Shown: positions 36,663 to 47,188 of the stretch, piece after piece | Layout: every line of letters begins with the position of its first letter | Position numbering within the stretch: position 1 is the first letter of the stretch | From: Patescibacteria group bacterium | GTDB taxonomy: Bacteria > Patescibacteriota > Patescibacteriia > GWA2-46-9 | Direction of reading: 5' to 3' | Assembly (NCBI GenBank): GCA_041675205.1 | Contig: JBAYUF010000005.1 | Coordinates: 6,159 to 70,158 of the forward strand | DNA: 64,000 nt | Made by a program: the position numbers and the translations under genes | The notes under the pieces: generated by a model | The model's database searches: none | Seen by the model: only the letters and a program-made list of their open reading frames with translations | Told to the model about the DNA's origin: nothing

Positions 36663-38495
36663 TCATCGGTTCCACTCAATAGGAAGTTGGCCTGTAAAAG
36701 GTTTAAGACCAAACAGTACGTCGGCCACTCCTTGCCCTTCGCTCCCTGGCAGCCATGAGGCTACGACACCATCCCAGGTGCTACTGTAGGGTGAAATTTC
36801 TAGTGGTCTTCCAGCAACAATTAGTACAACCAACTTCTTACTTTGCTTTTTTAATTTATTGATTGCTGCCAGGTCTTCGTTACTTAAGCGAGGATGTTCA
36901 TTGTCACCCCATCCTTCGGCGTAGGTTTTTTCTGAAACCACCGCGATACCTACATCTGCAAGACTCTGTTTTGATGCAAAATTAGCATCTACGTTGTATT
37001 CAACCTGTGTGTCCTTCGATACAGTGTTTTTTATCCCTGCCAGTATTGTGGTGCCTGGCAGCCAGTTACCATCGACCCCTTGCCACTCTACTGTCCACCC
37101 GCCGCTCTGGCGCCCTAAATTATCGGCCCCTGAGCCAGCGACAAAGATTTTCTTTACAGACGAAGACAGTGGCAGAATATCGTTACTGTTTTTCAATACT
37201 ACTTGCGACGCTGCAACGGCTTGTCGTGCTAACTCTTTATGCTTTTGATTACCAATCACAGAAAGACCGTTCGCCGTTGCAGCCGGCCGATCAAACAGAC
37301 CTGTTTTAAATTTCACAGTGAGAATTCTACGGACGGCATCATCCAGACGGTCTCTCGATATGTCACCGTTGTGTATGGCCGCTTGCATATTTGATACAAA
37401 ATCTTTGTACTCAAACGGGGTCATTACCATGTCTACCCCTGCATTAATAGCCATGACAAGAGACCGATATCTATCGTTATCTAATATATATACGGCATAC
37501 CAGTCCGAAACGATAAATCCAGAAAATCCGAGCTCCTTTTTTAAGACGTCGGTTAACAGGTACTGATTTGAAGGATTTTTAATCCCATTCCATGCAGCGG
37601 TACCCACCATGATTGTTTGTACGCCTTCGGTGACGGCTTTATGAAAGGGGGTTAAATGAGTTCCGCGTAATGCTTGTTCGTCGAGCGTGATATTTCCTTC
37701 CTCTATTTTAAAATCCTTATTGCGTGACGTTCCGTATTCCATGGCGCCGCCGCCAAGAAAATGTTTCGCCGTCGCTAGGACGTTAAAATAACCAGTAGAC
37801 GATTCTTGCGTCCCGGCTAAGTACGCCGCACCTAATTGCGTGACGTTGTCCGTATCTGACCCAAAGGTTTCGTATGTTTTGCCCCACCGGCTATCTTGAG
37901 GAACGTCGAGGTTAGGGGAGTAACTCCAGTAAATTCCCGTGGCAGCCATCTCTTCAGCAGTAGCTTTGGCAATGCGTCGTACAAGGTCTGCGTCTCTCGT
38001 GGCGCCTAATGCGATAGCGTGAGGAAAAATGGTGGCACCGAAAACGTTATTGTGACCATGAATTGCGTCAGTCCCATAGAGAAGTGGAATGCCTAAGCAC
38101 GTATTAGCAGCTGCAGACTGAAACGTTTGTACCATTGCAAGCCATGCTTGTGGGGTATTCTCTTTCGGCGCACCACCACCACCGCTTAACAGGGCACCCA
38201 GGTTGAAGTGGCTAATGTCGTTAACATTTTGAATACTATCTTTTTCAATGATTACCATTTGGCCAATTTTCTCTGCGTCGTTCATCCGCTTCATCAAGTC
38301 GTCTACCCGTTCCTCTGTCGATAGTGCTGCGTTCAGGTACTTGGCGTCCACGCCGTCGCAACGAGGCTCTGAAGAAAAATCAATAGGTACGATGGCAGAT
38401 TTCTGATTCTGAACGAGGAAAAAAGCAATCATCGCTCCGATTAGCGTCATGAGCAGAACACCATATATCATGACGGTATGTTTGAATTTGAACAT
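36663..38495 (-). CDS. glycoside hydrolase family 3 (beta-glucosidase/beta-hexosaminidase-like), membrane-anchored
   Basis: GFSGFIVSDW catalytic Asp motif; N-terminal TM; 610 aa. Confidence 0.8.
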   Translation of the reverse strand: MFKFKHTVMIYGVLLMTLIGAMIAFFLVQNQKSAIVPIDFSSEPRCDGVDAKYLNAALSTEERVDDLMKRMNDAEKIGQMVIIEKDSIQNVNDISHFNLGALLSGGGGAPKENTPQAWLAMVQTFQSAAANTCLGIPLLYGTDAIHGHNNVFGATIFPHAIALGATRDADLVRRIAKATAEEMAATGIYWSYSPNLDVPQDSRWGKTYETFGSDTDNVTQLGAAYLAGTQESSTGYFNVLATAKHFLGGGAMEYGTSRNKDFKIEEGNITLDEQALRGTHLTPFHKAVTEGVQTIMVGTAAWNGIKNPSNQYLLTDVLKKELGFSGFIVSDWYAVYILDNDRYRSLVMAINAGVDMVMTPFEYKDFVSNMQAAIHNGDISRDRLDDAVRRILTVKFKTGLFDRPAATANGLSVIGNQKHKELARQAVAASQVVLKNSNDILPLSSSVKKIFVAGSGADNLGRQSGGWTVEWQGVDGNWLPGTTILAGIKNTVSKDTQVEYNVDANFASKQSLADVGIAVVSEKTYAEGWGDNEHPRLSNEDLAAINKLKKQSKKLVVLIVAGRPLEISPYSSTWDGVVASWLPGSEGQGVADVLFGLKPFTGQLPIEWNR

Positions 38496-38817
38496 ACTGC
38501 GAGCGTAGCACCCTTTGCTTGGAATGTCTTATGCTGTATTAAAAAATAGCTTCGCAGAAGGTTTTTGGATGAATGTAGCGTATAGAACAGCATTCAGCGT
38601 AGTGCTGAGGGGGGATTTTGAACAGAACTTATTTCTTTTTGACTTTTTACTCAGCTTTCATTGGCTGGTTTTTTATGTAATTAAACATACAAGAATATTA
38701 AGATTGGTTGTGTCGGCGCGTATCTGGGTGTACGGTAGTAATTGCATATAGAGATTTGTGCTCATCTCGACAACGTGACAGAACCTTGCATAATTTATTT
38801 ATTATAAGTTTATTTCA

Positions 38818-39366
38818 ATGGATGTAGAAAAAGGTTGGCATACAAAGATAACGATGTGGCAGTGGCTGGCACTCCTTGTCGCCGCAGCGGTCGTAGTTTC
38901 GGCGGTAACGTACTATGCTCTTCCAATATCAGATTCTGAGAATAATGACGTGGCTTCAGATCAGGCTGCCCCTATCGAGAACGAGCAGCAAGAGACAACC
39001 GATGTCGGTACGCCAGAGGCAACTACTTCTGACAAGCCCGGTGTTTCAGTAAAGGCACCTGTGGTTTCGTCAAAGCTTACCTATGAGCAAGCGATAGCGG
39101 TTTCAGAGTATCGTTTCCAGTTTGATAACAATTGTAACGGTAGCACAGGAATTACGAGTGGCGGAGCACTGAATGTGAAGCAAGGGGCCAATATCATGCT
39201 GGAGAATCACGGTGATGCTTCGCACGTAATCGCGCTTGGCAATGACGCACACACCATTGCCGCTGGTGGTTTTGTGGTGACGAAAGCTCCGAAGGTCACC
39301 AAGACAACAGGGCTCTATATTACGTGCGACGGTGGAGGAGCCGGTAACCTTTTCGTGAATCCGTAA
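38818..39366 (+). CDS. hypothetical secreted/membrane-anchored protein
   Basis: TM or signal anchor followed by an acidic linker. Confidence 0.4.
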   Translation: MDVEKGWHTKITMWQWLALLVAAAVVVSAVTYYALPISDSENNDVASDQAAPIENEQQETTDVGTPEATTSDKPGVSVKAPVVSSKLTYEQAIAVSEYRFQFDNNCNGSTGITSGGALNVKQGANIMLENHGDASHVIALGNDAHTIAAGGFVVTKAPKVTKTTGLYITCDGGGAGNLFVNP

Positions 39367-39530
39367 ACGAGAATTGGTCATAAAAACGAGTAAAGTAGTT
39401 AGTGACAAACGAGCGACCATACGGCCGCTCGTTTGCGGTATGTATTGGCGGGAAGGAACGGTCACTTTTTCTGAATAGACCCGGCGTGCTATTATTAAAT
39501 CATTATTAATAAGTTCGTAGCGTACCGAAT

Positions 39531-39596
39531 ATGGCAAAGGGAAATAACGCCCAGCAAAGGAACAAGAAAAAGCCCAAGAAAGAGAAGGCTAAGTAG
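39531..39596 (+). CDS. possible 21-aa Lys-rich micro-ORF (MAKGNNAQQRNKKKPKKEKAK)
   Basis: Too short for the ORF track; strongly basic. No further support. Confidence 0.2.
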   Translation: MAKGNNAQQRNKKKPKKEKAK

Positions 39597-39618
39597 TTGA
39601 GGCAATAACTCGCCAACA

Positions 39619-39816
39619 ATGACTGGACGAGATAGAGCAGCCGTAGCGGTCGGCAAGGTGGTAGAGGTTGTCTTGAAAGCAGACCAAGAAAGTGGCAAGC
39701 GAACAAAAGGTGTTGTTGCTGAAATATTGACGAGTTCATCGTTTCATCCTCGGGGCATTAAAGTGCGTTTAGAAAATGGATTGGTGGGCAGGGTGCAGGA
39801 GATAATTACGCAATAG
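39619..39816 (+). CDS. YwbE-like small conserved protein
   Basis: G.V..V.K.DQ..G..T.G.V..IL....H.RGIKV.L.NG.VGRV pattern. Confidence 0.45.
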   Translation: MTGRDRAAVAVGKVVEVVLKADQESGKRTKGVVAEILTSSSFHPRGIKVRLENGLVGRVQEIITQ

Positions 39817-39845
39817 TCGTGAATACGGTAGTGCAAAGAAAATAG

Positions 39846-40406
39846 ATGCGAGCTGAAAAAAACAGTGCCTACAGTTTTCGTGTCAGTAATCGTTCTCGTC
39901 GAACGCGCATTACTATTTATCCTGATGCGAGCGTGGTCGTTAGTGCTCCGAAAGAAGTGAGTGCGCATCAAGTTGAACAGTTTATAGCGAAGAAAGCGCA
40001 TTGGATATTAAAAAAAGTTGCTTATTTCAAGCGCCAGCATTCTTTACCGTCTGTTTTCGCAAAAAATAATCATTTTCAAGACCATAAGGAACAAGCGCTT
40101 CTATTGGCGCGCGAGCGAGTCACGTATTTTAATGAGAAGTATAATTTCGTATTTAAAAAAATCTACATTAAAAACCAAAAAACAAGGTGGGGAAGTTGTT
40201 CAAAAAATGGGAATTTAAATTTTAACTACAAAATTGCGTTGCTCCCGCAGCACTTTGCAGATTATGTAATCGTGCATGAATTGTGTCATCTAGGGGAGTT
40301 CAATCATTCTGCAAAGTTTTGGGCATTGGTGGCGCGTACTGTTCCGGATTACTTGGACATTCGAAATATGATGAAAAAGGAAACGATCAATGTATATGCA
40401 AGGTAG
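39846..40406 (+). CDS. YgjP/DUF45-type metal-dependent hydrolase
   Basis: HELCHL (HExxH) with a WGSCS upstream motif. Confidence 0.65.
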   Translation: MRAEKNSAYSFRVSNRSRRTRITIYPDASVVVSAPKEVSAHQVEQFIAKKAHWILKKVAYFKRQHSLPSVFAKNNHFQDHKEQALLLARERVTYFNEKYNFVFKKIYIKNQKTRWGSCSKNGNLNFNYKIALLPQHFADYVIVHELCHLGEFNHSAKFWALVARTVPDYLDIRNMMKKETINVYAR

Positions 40407-41646
40407 TCGAACGGGTCGTGTTTCTTGGGATGCTGTTGTCATTGGTGGTGGCCCAGCCGGAATGATGGCGGCTGGCCGCGCCGCAGAGTGTGGCCATTCT
40501 GTTTTGTTACTGGAAAAAAATGCCACGCTTGGTAAAAAATTACTTATTACTGGCGGCGGGCGATGTAATGTGACGAACAATAAAGAACTTCGCATTATGC
40601 TGGCCAAATATAAAGGGAAAGATAAATTTCTTTTCTCAGCTTTTTCACAATTTAGTATCGAGGATGCACTGTCATTTTTTCACCGTCGTGGTATGGCGAC
40701 CAAAGAAGAAGCGGAAGGCCGTATTTTTCCAGTTTCAAACAGCGCACAGTCCGTCTGGAATGTTTTGGTACAGTATATGAAAGAAGGGGGAGTGCGAGTG
40801 CAGACAGCAGCTGCGGTGATGGCGGTAGAGGCTCGAGACGGGCAATTCATAATAAAATTAAAGGATAAAAGTGAGATTAGCGCGAAGGCGTGCATCATCG
40901 CCGCCGGTGGCATTTCACGGCCGGAAACAGGCTCAACCGGTGAAGGTTTTTTGTGGCTTAAAAAAATGGGTCACCGTATAGTGGAGAATGATTTTGCACT
41001 TGTCCCCGTTGCGTTGAAAGATTCTTGGGTAAAAAAGCTGGCCGGTGTATCACTGCGAGATTGTAAACTCACCACATTTCAAAACGGGCAAAAACAGGAA
41101 GCCAGTAAAGGGACACTTCTTTTTACTCATGTTGGCATAAGCGGCCCGATGGTATTGAATATGAGTAGAGGTATCGGTGAGCTGCTGAAGTATGGTGAAG
41201 TTAGTATCATGCTCGATCTGTTCCCTAAAGTTGATGGGGGCGAACTGAAACAGCAGCTGCAGACGCTACTCGTGACAGAAAGTAATAAGAAGATTAAAAA
41301 TGTTCTTGGTAAAGTAATACCAAATGCCCTTGTGCCGGTTTTGCTGTCGCTAGCTGGCATCGACGGCGAAACACCAAATCACAGCGTGCGGTCCGAATCA
41401 CGAAAAGCGCTTATACGCTTAATGAAAGCAGTTCCACTCTCTGTTAAGGGCCTTCTTGGCAAAGATAAGGCGGTTGTTTCGTCTGGTGGCGTTTCTTTAG
41501 AAGAAGTTAATTTTAAAACAATGGAATCTCGCACCGTGCCGGGTTTGTACGTAGTAGGGGACATGTTAGATATTGACCGTCCGTCGGGTGGCTATAGCTT
41601 GCAGTTGTGTTGGACAACCGGCTTTGTGGCGGGAAGCAGCTGCTAG
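40390..41646 (+). CDS. HI0933/BaiN-family flavoprotein (FAD-dependent)
   Basis: VIGGGPAGMMAA dinucleotide-binding motif and GGGRCNVTN family signature. Confidence 0.75.
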   Translation: MYMQGSRTGRVSWDAVVIGGGPAGMMAAGRAAECGHSVLLLEKNATLGKKLLITGGGRCNVTNNKELRIMLAKYKGKDKFLFSAFSQFSIEDALSFFHRRGMATKEEAEGRIFPVSNSAQSVWNVLVQYMKEGGVRVQTAAAVMAVEARDGQFIIKLKDKSEISAKACIIAAGGISRPETGSTGEGFLWLKKMGHRIVENDFALVPVALKDSWVKKLAGVSLRDCKLTTFQNGQKQEASKGTLLFTHVGISGPMVLNMSRGIGELLKYGEVSIMLDLFPKVDGGELKQQLQTLLVTESNKKIKNVLGKVIPNALVPVLLSLAGIDGETPNHSVRSESRKALIRLMKAVPLSVKGLLGKDKAVVSSGGVSLEEVNFKTMESRTVPGLYVVGDMLDIDRPSGGYSLQLCWTTGFVAGSSC

Positions 41647-41678
41647 GGTGGAACAAATAAATAGCGCATACTGTAGCT

Positions 41679-42269
41679 ATGAACAACTATTCGCCAAACT
41701 ATCCAAGCGGTTTTGTCTTTGTCGGTTTTGTTATTGCCATAGGGCTTTTTGCAGCTTTTGTGCTCCGAAGCTTTTATGGCAACCAGGCAGCTGGTCAGCA
41801 ATCTATTTTCTCAGTCGGTCAGAAAGCGATTAATCAAATTAAAGCGCTGCCTGTGCCGAGCGTCCCTGACGAGTTATCAGACGGCAATGTGGGCAGTAAA
41901 GAGCTTCTTGATTTAAGTAATCAGAACCTCGACAAAGTTCCTGTGTACGCATTGCAAATGAAAGAATTAGAGGTGCTTGATTTGTCTGGTAATAAACTCA
42001 CTGGTGCACTGCCAGGAGAGATACGTTTTCTACAAAACCTCCGAGAGCTCAAACTGAGCGGTAACAATATGACTGGTATTCCGTCAGAAATTGGTCAGCT
42101 GAGCAAACTCGAATCACTCGATTATTCGTACAATAAAATCAATGGCTTACCGAATGAGCTCGCTAATCTAAAAAATTTAAAAACGCTGAACCTGACGGGT
42201 AATCAGTTTTCACAGCAAGACCTTGATGGCATTGTAAAGCAACTACCCAATCTCCAGGTTATTTATTAA
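41679..42269 (+). CDS. leucine-rich-repeat protein with N-terminal membrane anchor
   Basis: Tandem LxxLxLSGNxLTG repeats. Confidence 0.65.
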   Translation: MNNYSPNYPSGFVFVGFVIAIGLFAAFVLRSFYGNQAAGQQSIFSVGQKAINQIKALPVPSVPDELSDGNVGSKELLDLSNQNLDKVPVYALQMKELEVLDLSGNKLTGALPGEIRFLQNLRELKLSGNNMTGIPSEIGQLSKLESLDYSYNKINGLPNELANLKNLKTLNLTGNQFSQQDLDGIVKQLPNLQVIY

Positions 42270-42294
42270 TTGACGGGCACGAAAAGATTGTTTT

Positions 42295-43176
42295 ATGAGC
42301 GAACAACCAATAGACGCACAAAAAACAAAAGGCATGTGTCCACACGGAAATTTTTTTTCTTCACCCTGTGGGGCTTGCAAGCTCGAAGCGGGTAGTGGCG
42401 TGGAAGACGCGCAAGAGCTAGCTGTTCCCGAACTTTCAAGGGTAGATGCGGCAGACCGAGCGGCGATTGCGGCGTATTATCAATTTGAACTTGATCAAGG
42501 GTTTTCTACCGTGCGACCAGAAACAACGCTTGATAGAATGATTGATTTTCGACAGCAACAGATTGCCGAAAATAAGTTGCGAGTCGTCATGGTTAAAGAT
42601 GGAAATAAACTTGTGGCGACCAGTGTTGTTGTGCTTGAGAGCGGCACTATGGGAAAAAGTATTTTAGACAATGAAGCCTATGCGGCTGGCGCGGTCGTCG
42701 ACCCAAGTTTTCGTAGCGGCGGCATTGGTAAGCGCGTAGCAGCAGAGCAGGAAAAGATTGCCAGAGAGGCTGGTAGGGATTCCATGGTAACGATAATTAA
42801 AGACGACAATTATCCGAGCATGCGGCTGCGCATGGGCGTGGGCTATCAGCTAGATGGCGTTGAGGAAAGAGAAGACGAAGTAGATTATCATTATCGGAAG
42901 GATTTGCAGAAGGAGATGGGGGAAGCCAGAGATTGGAAAAGAGAAATGGAGAGTGGTAACTTGAATTTTATAGAAGATGAAATCAGTGGTGACTCGCCTG
43001 ACCAGTTTTTACTTCGGCCAAATGATTTGCCACGCATTAAAGAAGCGCTACAGAATAACTATCGTGGCGTTTACTTATTACGTCCTGAAGATTTTTCTGA
43101 AACTACGGTATTGACCGAAAATGCAGTTGTTTTTGTGAAGCAAAAAAGCGAGGTTAAAAATAATGCTAGTAGTTGA
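42295..43176 (+). CDS. GNAT-family acetyltransferase with N-terminal Cys cluster
   Basis: CPHGNFFSSPCGAC at the N-terminus; GNAT motif A-like FRSGGIGKRVA. Confidence 0.45.
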   Translation: MSEQPIDAQKTKGMCPHGNFFSSPCGACKLEAGSGVEDAQELAVPELSRVDAADRAAIAAYYQFELDQGFSTVRPETTLDRMIDFRQQQIAENKLRVVMVKDGNKLVATSVVVLESGTMGKSILDNEAYAAGAVVDPSFRSGGIGKRVAAEQEKIAREAGRDSMVTIIKDDNYPSMRLRMGVGYQLDGVEEREDEVDYHYRKDLQKEMGEARDWKREMESGNLNFIEDEISGDSPDQFLLRPNDLPRIKEALQNNYRGVYLLRPEDFSETTVLTENAVVFVKQKSEVKNNASS

Positions 43177-43320
43177 GATTACCATAAAGCCACTGCCTTA
43201 TGTGTGGGTTATTTACTAAATTGCGCATCGTGTTAAGTAGATAAGCATCTTTTCCTTTCCCCACTTCATTGCTTTAAAGCATTGACAGGGGGAGGGGGGT
43301 GGTGTTATGGTGGGGAACAT

Positions 43321-43665
43321 ATGGCACGAAGACGTTTTTCCGAAGATGAATACAGACAGAATCCCTGGTTCCGGCAACTCTGCCAGGCGCTCTTGTCGTG
43401 CCGGACAGAGGCCGAATTAGCTGATTTTTTGCGTGACATAGCCACCCTGCCAGAGTTGCAGTCCTTAGGTGAGCGGCTAGAAGTTGCTAAGCAATTAGCA
43501 AAAGGGAAAACCTATCGCGACATAGTTGATACAACAGGAGCAAGTTCAGCAACAATTTCACGAGTGTATAGTTTTTTGAGTGACGGCGCAGGTGGGTACA
43601 AACGAATCTTAAAGAAAGAGCATACCGGCAAATCACCCTCCAGGGTTGGTTTGCGTCGTTCTTAA
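43321..43665 (+). CDS. TrpR-like/YerC-YecD family DNA-binding protein
   Basis: FLRDIATLPELQSLGERLEVAKQLAKGKTYRDIVDTTGASSATISRV HTH. Confidence 0.55.
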   Translation: MARRRFSEDEYRQNPWFRQLCQALLSCRTEAELADFLRDIATLPELQSLGERLEVAKQLAKGKTYRDIVDTTGASSATISRVYSFLSDGAGGYKRILKKEHTGKSPSRVGLRRS

Positions 43666-43750
43666 TTTTTTTAAGCACGTTGTTAACGAGCCCTGTCACG
43701 AGGGCTTGTTTTCGTTTGTGGTCAACGAAAAAATAGTGTGGAGTTGAAAA

Positions 43751-44050
43751 GTGTCGAAAAGAATACTTGTGGTTAACCCTCCCCGCATCGGGCGTGAGGA
43801 CTATGGCGATGTCGCTTTTGACGAGCACGGAGTTGAGGTGACCCCAACGCAGGGTGAAACTGCCACGAGATTGGTTTATCCGCCGTCGGTTGAAGTTCTT
43901 ACCAATTCGAGTGGGATCACCAACCGCCGGCTTCGTCTTAATCTTCAGCCGACCAGTGAGGAGCAAGTTACGTTCGACTGCATCTTTGGCTGGTACTCCT
44001 GGGAGGAAGGGTTCGAGAATCGACAAACCGATCCGCGTCTGGCGCCGTAG
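43751..44050 (+). CDS. hypothetical protein
   Basis: 99-aa ORF, preferred over the antisense 243-aa ORF at 43487-44218, which overlaps the TrpR-like gene. Confidence 0.3.
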   Translation: MSKRILVVNPPRIGREDYGDVAFDEHGVEVTPTQGETATRLVYPPSVEVLTNSSGITNRRLRLNLQPTSEEQVTFDCIFGWYSWEEGFENRQTDPRLAP

Positions 44051-44100
44051 AAGGTGACAGTCGCAAGATTTCACGTCGTTACCATTGGAGGTAAACAGCA

Positions 44101-44988
44101 ATGGATCCTTTAAAGTTGGTACTTTGTAATGGTTCTCTTTCGGCCAGTCTGCGTGTGTATCTCGGACGGGCAGGCTACGACATAGGTAAGGCTGATCGCA
44201 GAGGATATTGTGGAACATCCACAGATGGAAGCATCGAATTTTGGGAACGAGACCGTCGTATGGTTCCGTATCTTGTGGCAGGTGGGTACGACGCTGGTAT
44301 CACTGGCCTTGATCTCACGCTTAACAGCTGTGTTCAAGGTCTGCGACAGATAGCTGGTCTCTGCTTTTCAAGAGCGACCAACAATCCAACGCGTTGGGTG
44401 CTGGCAAGCAAGGGTACGTGTGATCTATCCGGCTCGCTACGAATCGGATGCGAGCTAGAGAATTTACCCGCGCTTCTTCTGCCGGCATGTCCTTACCCAA
44501 TTCGTGATTACCAAGTGGTGAAGCTTGAAGGCAATGAAGAAATGGCCATTGAAGAAGGTCTCTGTGATCTGATTCTCGTGGTTACTGAAACTGGCAGCAC
44601 ACTTCAAGCCCTCAGTCTTACCATCCTGCCTGGTTGCGAACGTTTGCTCGTTAGCGTTCCTCAAATCATCGCAAAAGGTAATCTCTGTGATGAGAAAGAG
44701 GAGGCCTTGCAAGCGCTTAGCTTCGCTCTTACGGCAGTGATCGGAGGGTCGGCTCATGTAATGCTAACGTTCGACATTCCCAAATTTGCCCTCAGTTCGC
44801 TTCAGCTGCCTGGTGAGGTAGCGCCCACGGTATCACCGCTTTTACGCGAAGGCTGGTGTGCCGTGCAGATTTGTATCGATAGAAGCGATATTGGGAAGGT
44901 CGGTCGTTTAGTTGAGTTGGCAGGAGGTCGTGCCATCGTCGCACAAGACATCCTGGCCTACTCCGACTCAAGTCGTACAGCGAGGTAA
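44101..44988 (+). CDS. hisG: ATP phosphoribosyltransferase (HisG long-form)-like protein
   Basis: HisG-like core (WERDRRMVPYLVAGGYDAGITGLDLTLN) plus a C-terminal regulatory-domain-like segment (TVSPLLREGWCAVQICI...GGRAIV). No other his genes are present in the window. Confidence 0.5.
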   Translation: MDPLKLVLCNGSLSASLRVYLGRAGYDIGKADRRGYCGTSTDGSIEFWERDRRMVPYLVAGGYDAGITGLDLTLNSCVQGLRQIAGLCFSRATNNPTRWVLASKGTCDLSGSLRIGCELENLPALLLPACPYPIRDYQVVKLEGNEEMAIEEGLCDLILVVTETGSTLQALSLTILPGCERLLVSVPQIIAKGNLCDEKEEALQALSFALTAVIGGSAHVMLTFDIPKFALSSLQLPGEVAPTVSPLLREGWCAVQICIDRSDIGKVGRLVELAGGRAIVAQDILAYSDSSRTAR

Positions 44989-45053
44989 CAAGGGAATTTC
45001 AGCGTAAAAAGGGGCTGTCTGACAATGTTCAGACAGCCCCAACTACTATTAAC

Positions 45054-45638
45054 GTGGACATCAAATTGTGGAGTATAATGAAAGAACAAGTAAAAAAAGT
45101 ATTTATGGACGAGAAAAGACACACACCAATTGATGAGATTGAAAAAGATCTCGACCATGCGGCGCTAAAAGAAGCCGAGCATAGTAAGATGTTAGCCTAT
45201 TTAGAGAAGGCAAGAGATCTTGGAAAGTTTGATGCAACAAATCCAGGCATAGATCAGAGTATGACGCCTAGGGAACACCTTCACATCGGAAGCTCAGTTG
45301 AGGGGTTGGGTTATCATCCAAATTTACCGTTCGGCTTTCTTGGTGGTAGCTCACTAGAAGTAATCAATAGAGTTCGAGAGGAAATGAATAAAGATGGAGC
45401 ACGTCGGTTTTTTTGTGAAACCCCCGAAGGGAAACCCATGTATGTATTAGTTGAGTTTCTTCCACTGACAGAACAGGCATTACTAAGCGAAGAGCCAACG
45501 GTAACGTTTAAAATAGTGGGTGCGATGTCCCACGTAGATGAACCAATGCCAATTCCAGCGAATGCTGAAGCGTACCTGATTGCAAAAATGCAAAAAGTGC
45601 AAATTGCAGCAAAGAAGGAACCAAAGTCGTATGGGTGA
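45054..45638 (+). CDS. hypothetical protein
   Basis: ORF with a charged N-terminus and no motif. Confidence 0.4.
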   Translation: MDIKLWSIMKEQVKKVFMDEKRHTPIDEIEKDLDHAALKEAEHSKMLAYLEKARDLGKFDATNPGIDQSMTPREHLHIGSSVEGLGYHPNLPFGFLGGSSLEVINRVREEMNKDGARRFFCETPEGKPMYVLVEFLPLTEQALLSEEPTVTFKIVGAMSHVDEPMPIPANAEAYLIAKMQKVQIAAKKEPKSYG

Positions 45639-45644
45639 ATACCC

Positions 45645-46412
45645 ATGATTAGACAAGAAAAAATACCAACGGACAATGGTGGATATATTGCTGCGGCTAT
45701 ACATCACCCACCACAGACGACAGATTGCTTAGCCATTCTTTGCCCTGGCTGGTTAGATTCAAAAGAGTATAATCATTTGGTATTTTTGGCCGACGATTTA
45801 GCAAACGAGGGTTACACGGTTGTTCGTTTTGATCCAACAGGCACTTGGGAAAGTGAAGGCGATACACCACATACCGTTTCTGAATACCTCAATGATATAA
45901 GATCTGTTTTGGAATATATGCTTGAAACGGGCAGTTTCAAGCACGTGCTTCTCGGTGGGCATAGCCGTGGGGGAATGGTTTCTATTCTTTACGCTATTCG
46001 TGATTCTAGAATCTCTACTGTCCTGGCCATAATGACCCCCTACAGTATTGTCAGAACACAAACAAAAGACACCATTGAAGCATGGAAAAGTAAGGGTTAC
46101 CGCATTTCTTTACGAAACGTACCAAATAGTAAAGAAATAAAAGAATTTCGCGTGCCGTATTCACACGCCGAAGATGCAGAGATGTATAATGTTCTAGAAG
46201 AGGTTAAAAATCTTCACACGCCATTGCTTCTTGTGACAGGGGATGTAGACACAGTTGTGTCACCCGATGATGTTAAGCAGATTTATGACAAAGCCAATGA
46301 GCCAAAGCAGTTCTTGACCCTGGAAGGCATTGGGCACGATTATCGTCATAATGATGATGAAATTAAAATCGTGAATGAAGCTGTATTGAAAGCTTTAGAA
46401 TCTTTCGAGTAA
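45645..46412 (+). CDS. alpha/beta-fold hydrolase
   Basis: Nucleophile elbow GGHSRGG; downstream Asp and His (GIGHD) candidates. Confidence 0.65.
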   Translation: MIRQEKIPTDNGGYIAAAIHHPPQTTDCLAILCPGWLDSKEYNHLVFLADDLANEGYTVVRFDPTGTWESEGDTPHTVSEYLNDIRSVLEYMLETGSFKHVLLGGHSRGGMVSILYAIRDSRISTVLAIMTPYSIVRTQTKDTIEAWKSKGYRISLRNVPNSKEIKEFRVPYSHAEDAEMYNVLEEVKNLHTPLLLVTGDVDTVVSPDDVKQIYDKANEPKQFLTLEGIGHDYRHNDDEIKIVNEAVLKALESFE

Positions 46413-46414
46413 CT

Positions 46415-47137
46415 ATGACAAAATTTTTTCTTGCCGCTCTTTTAGTCATTGGATTATTTATTACGTACCAGTGCGTTCGGACGATGCGCTACATTCGTAT
46501 TGGGAGAGCCATTGAACAAAAAACAATTCCTTTTTCACGTTCGGTGGAATCTCCTCAACTGCGCATACTTGTTATCGGGGATAGTAGTGCGGTTGGGGTT
46601 GGGGCAGGAGCGCCAGAAGAATCAGTGGCAGGTCGACTTGGAGCATTTTATCCAGATGCAGAAATTGTGAATGACGGCGTGAGCGGCGCTAGAACCGCCG
46701 AGCTCATCCCACGTTTAGCCGCTCGTGCTGGTCAGCATTTCGACCTCGTTCTTCTTCAGATTGGCGGCAATGATATTGTTCGGCTGACGGACGTCGATGA
46801 ACTTGCGAAAAGTATTGAGGGCGTTCTCGACGGTGCTGTCGCAATTAGTGACCACGTTGTACTTGTCAGCTGCGGTAATGTTGGCACAGCAAAACTGTTT
46901 CCACCCGGAGTGCGTGCGATTCACGAGCGACGGACGCGAGTTGTGAGGGAACTATTTATGCGCACCGCGAACGAAAAACGGGTTCCATACATTGATCTTT
47001 TTCGTGAGGCATATGCGGACCCCTTTGCCCGAGAACCGAAGCGGTTTTATGCGGCAGATTGGTTTCATCCAAGTGGCGAAGGATATGGGGACTGGTTCGG
47101 TTTCATAGAGCGTGCTTTGCCAGATTTGGCAAAATAG
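46415..47137 (+). CDS. SGNH/GDSL hydrolase, membrane-anchored
   Basis: GDSS (block I) and GGND (block III). Confidence 0.7.
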   Translation: MTKFFLAALLVIGLFITYQCVRTMRYIRIGRAIEQKTIPFSRSVESPQLRILVIGDSSAVGVGAGAPEESVAGRLGAFYPDAEIVNDGVSGARTAELIPRLAARAGQHFDLVLLQIGGNDIVRLTDVDELAKSIEGVLDGAVAISDHVVLVSCGNVGTAKLFPPGVRAIHERRTRVVRELFMRTANEKRVPYIDLFREAYADPFAREPKRFYAADWFHPSGEGYGDWFGFIERALPDLAK

Positions 47138-47188
47138 CAGTGCTTCTCGCAACTGGATTTTAAGTCGAAAAGATGCTAGAATAACTCA

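Noticed and set aside
43487-44218. 243-aa minus-strand ORF
   Set aside because: It is antisense to the TrpR-like gene and to the 99-aa plus-strand ORF, with a low-complexity, stop-avoiding composition and no motifs.
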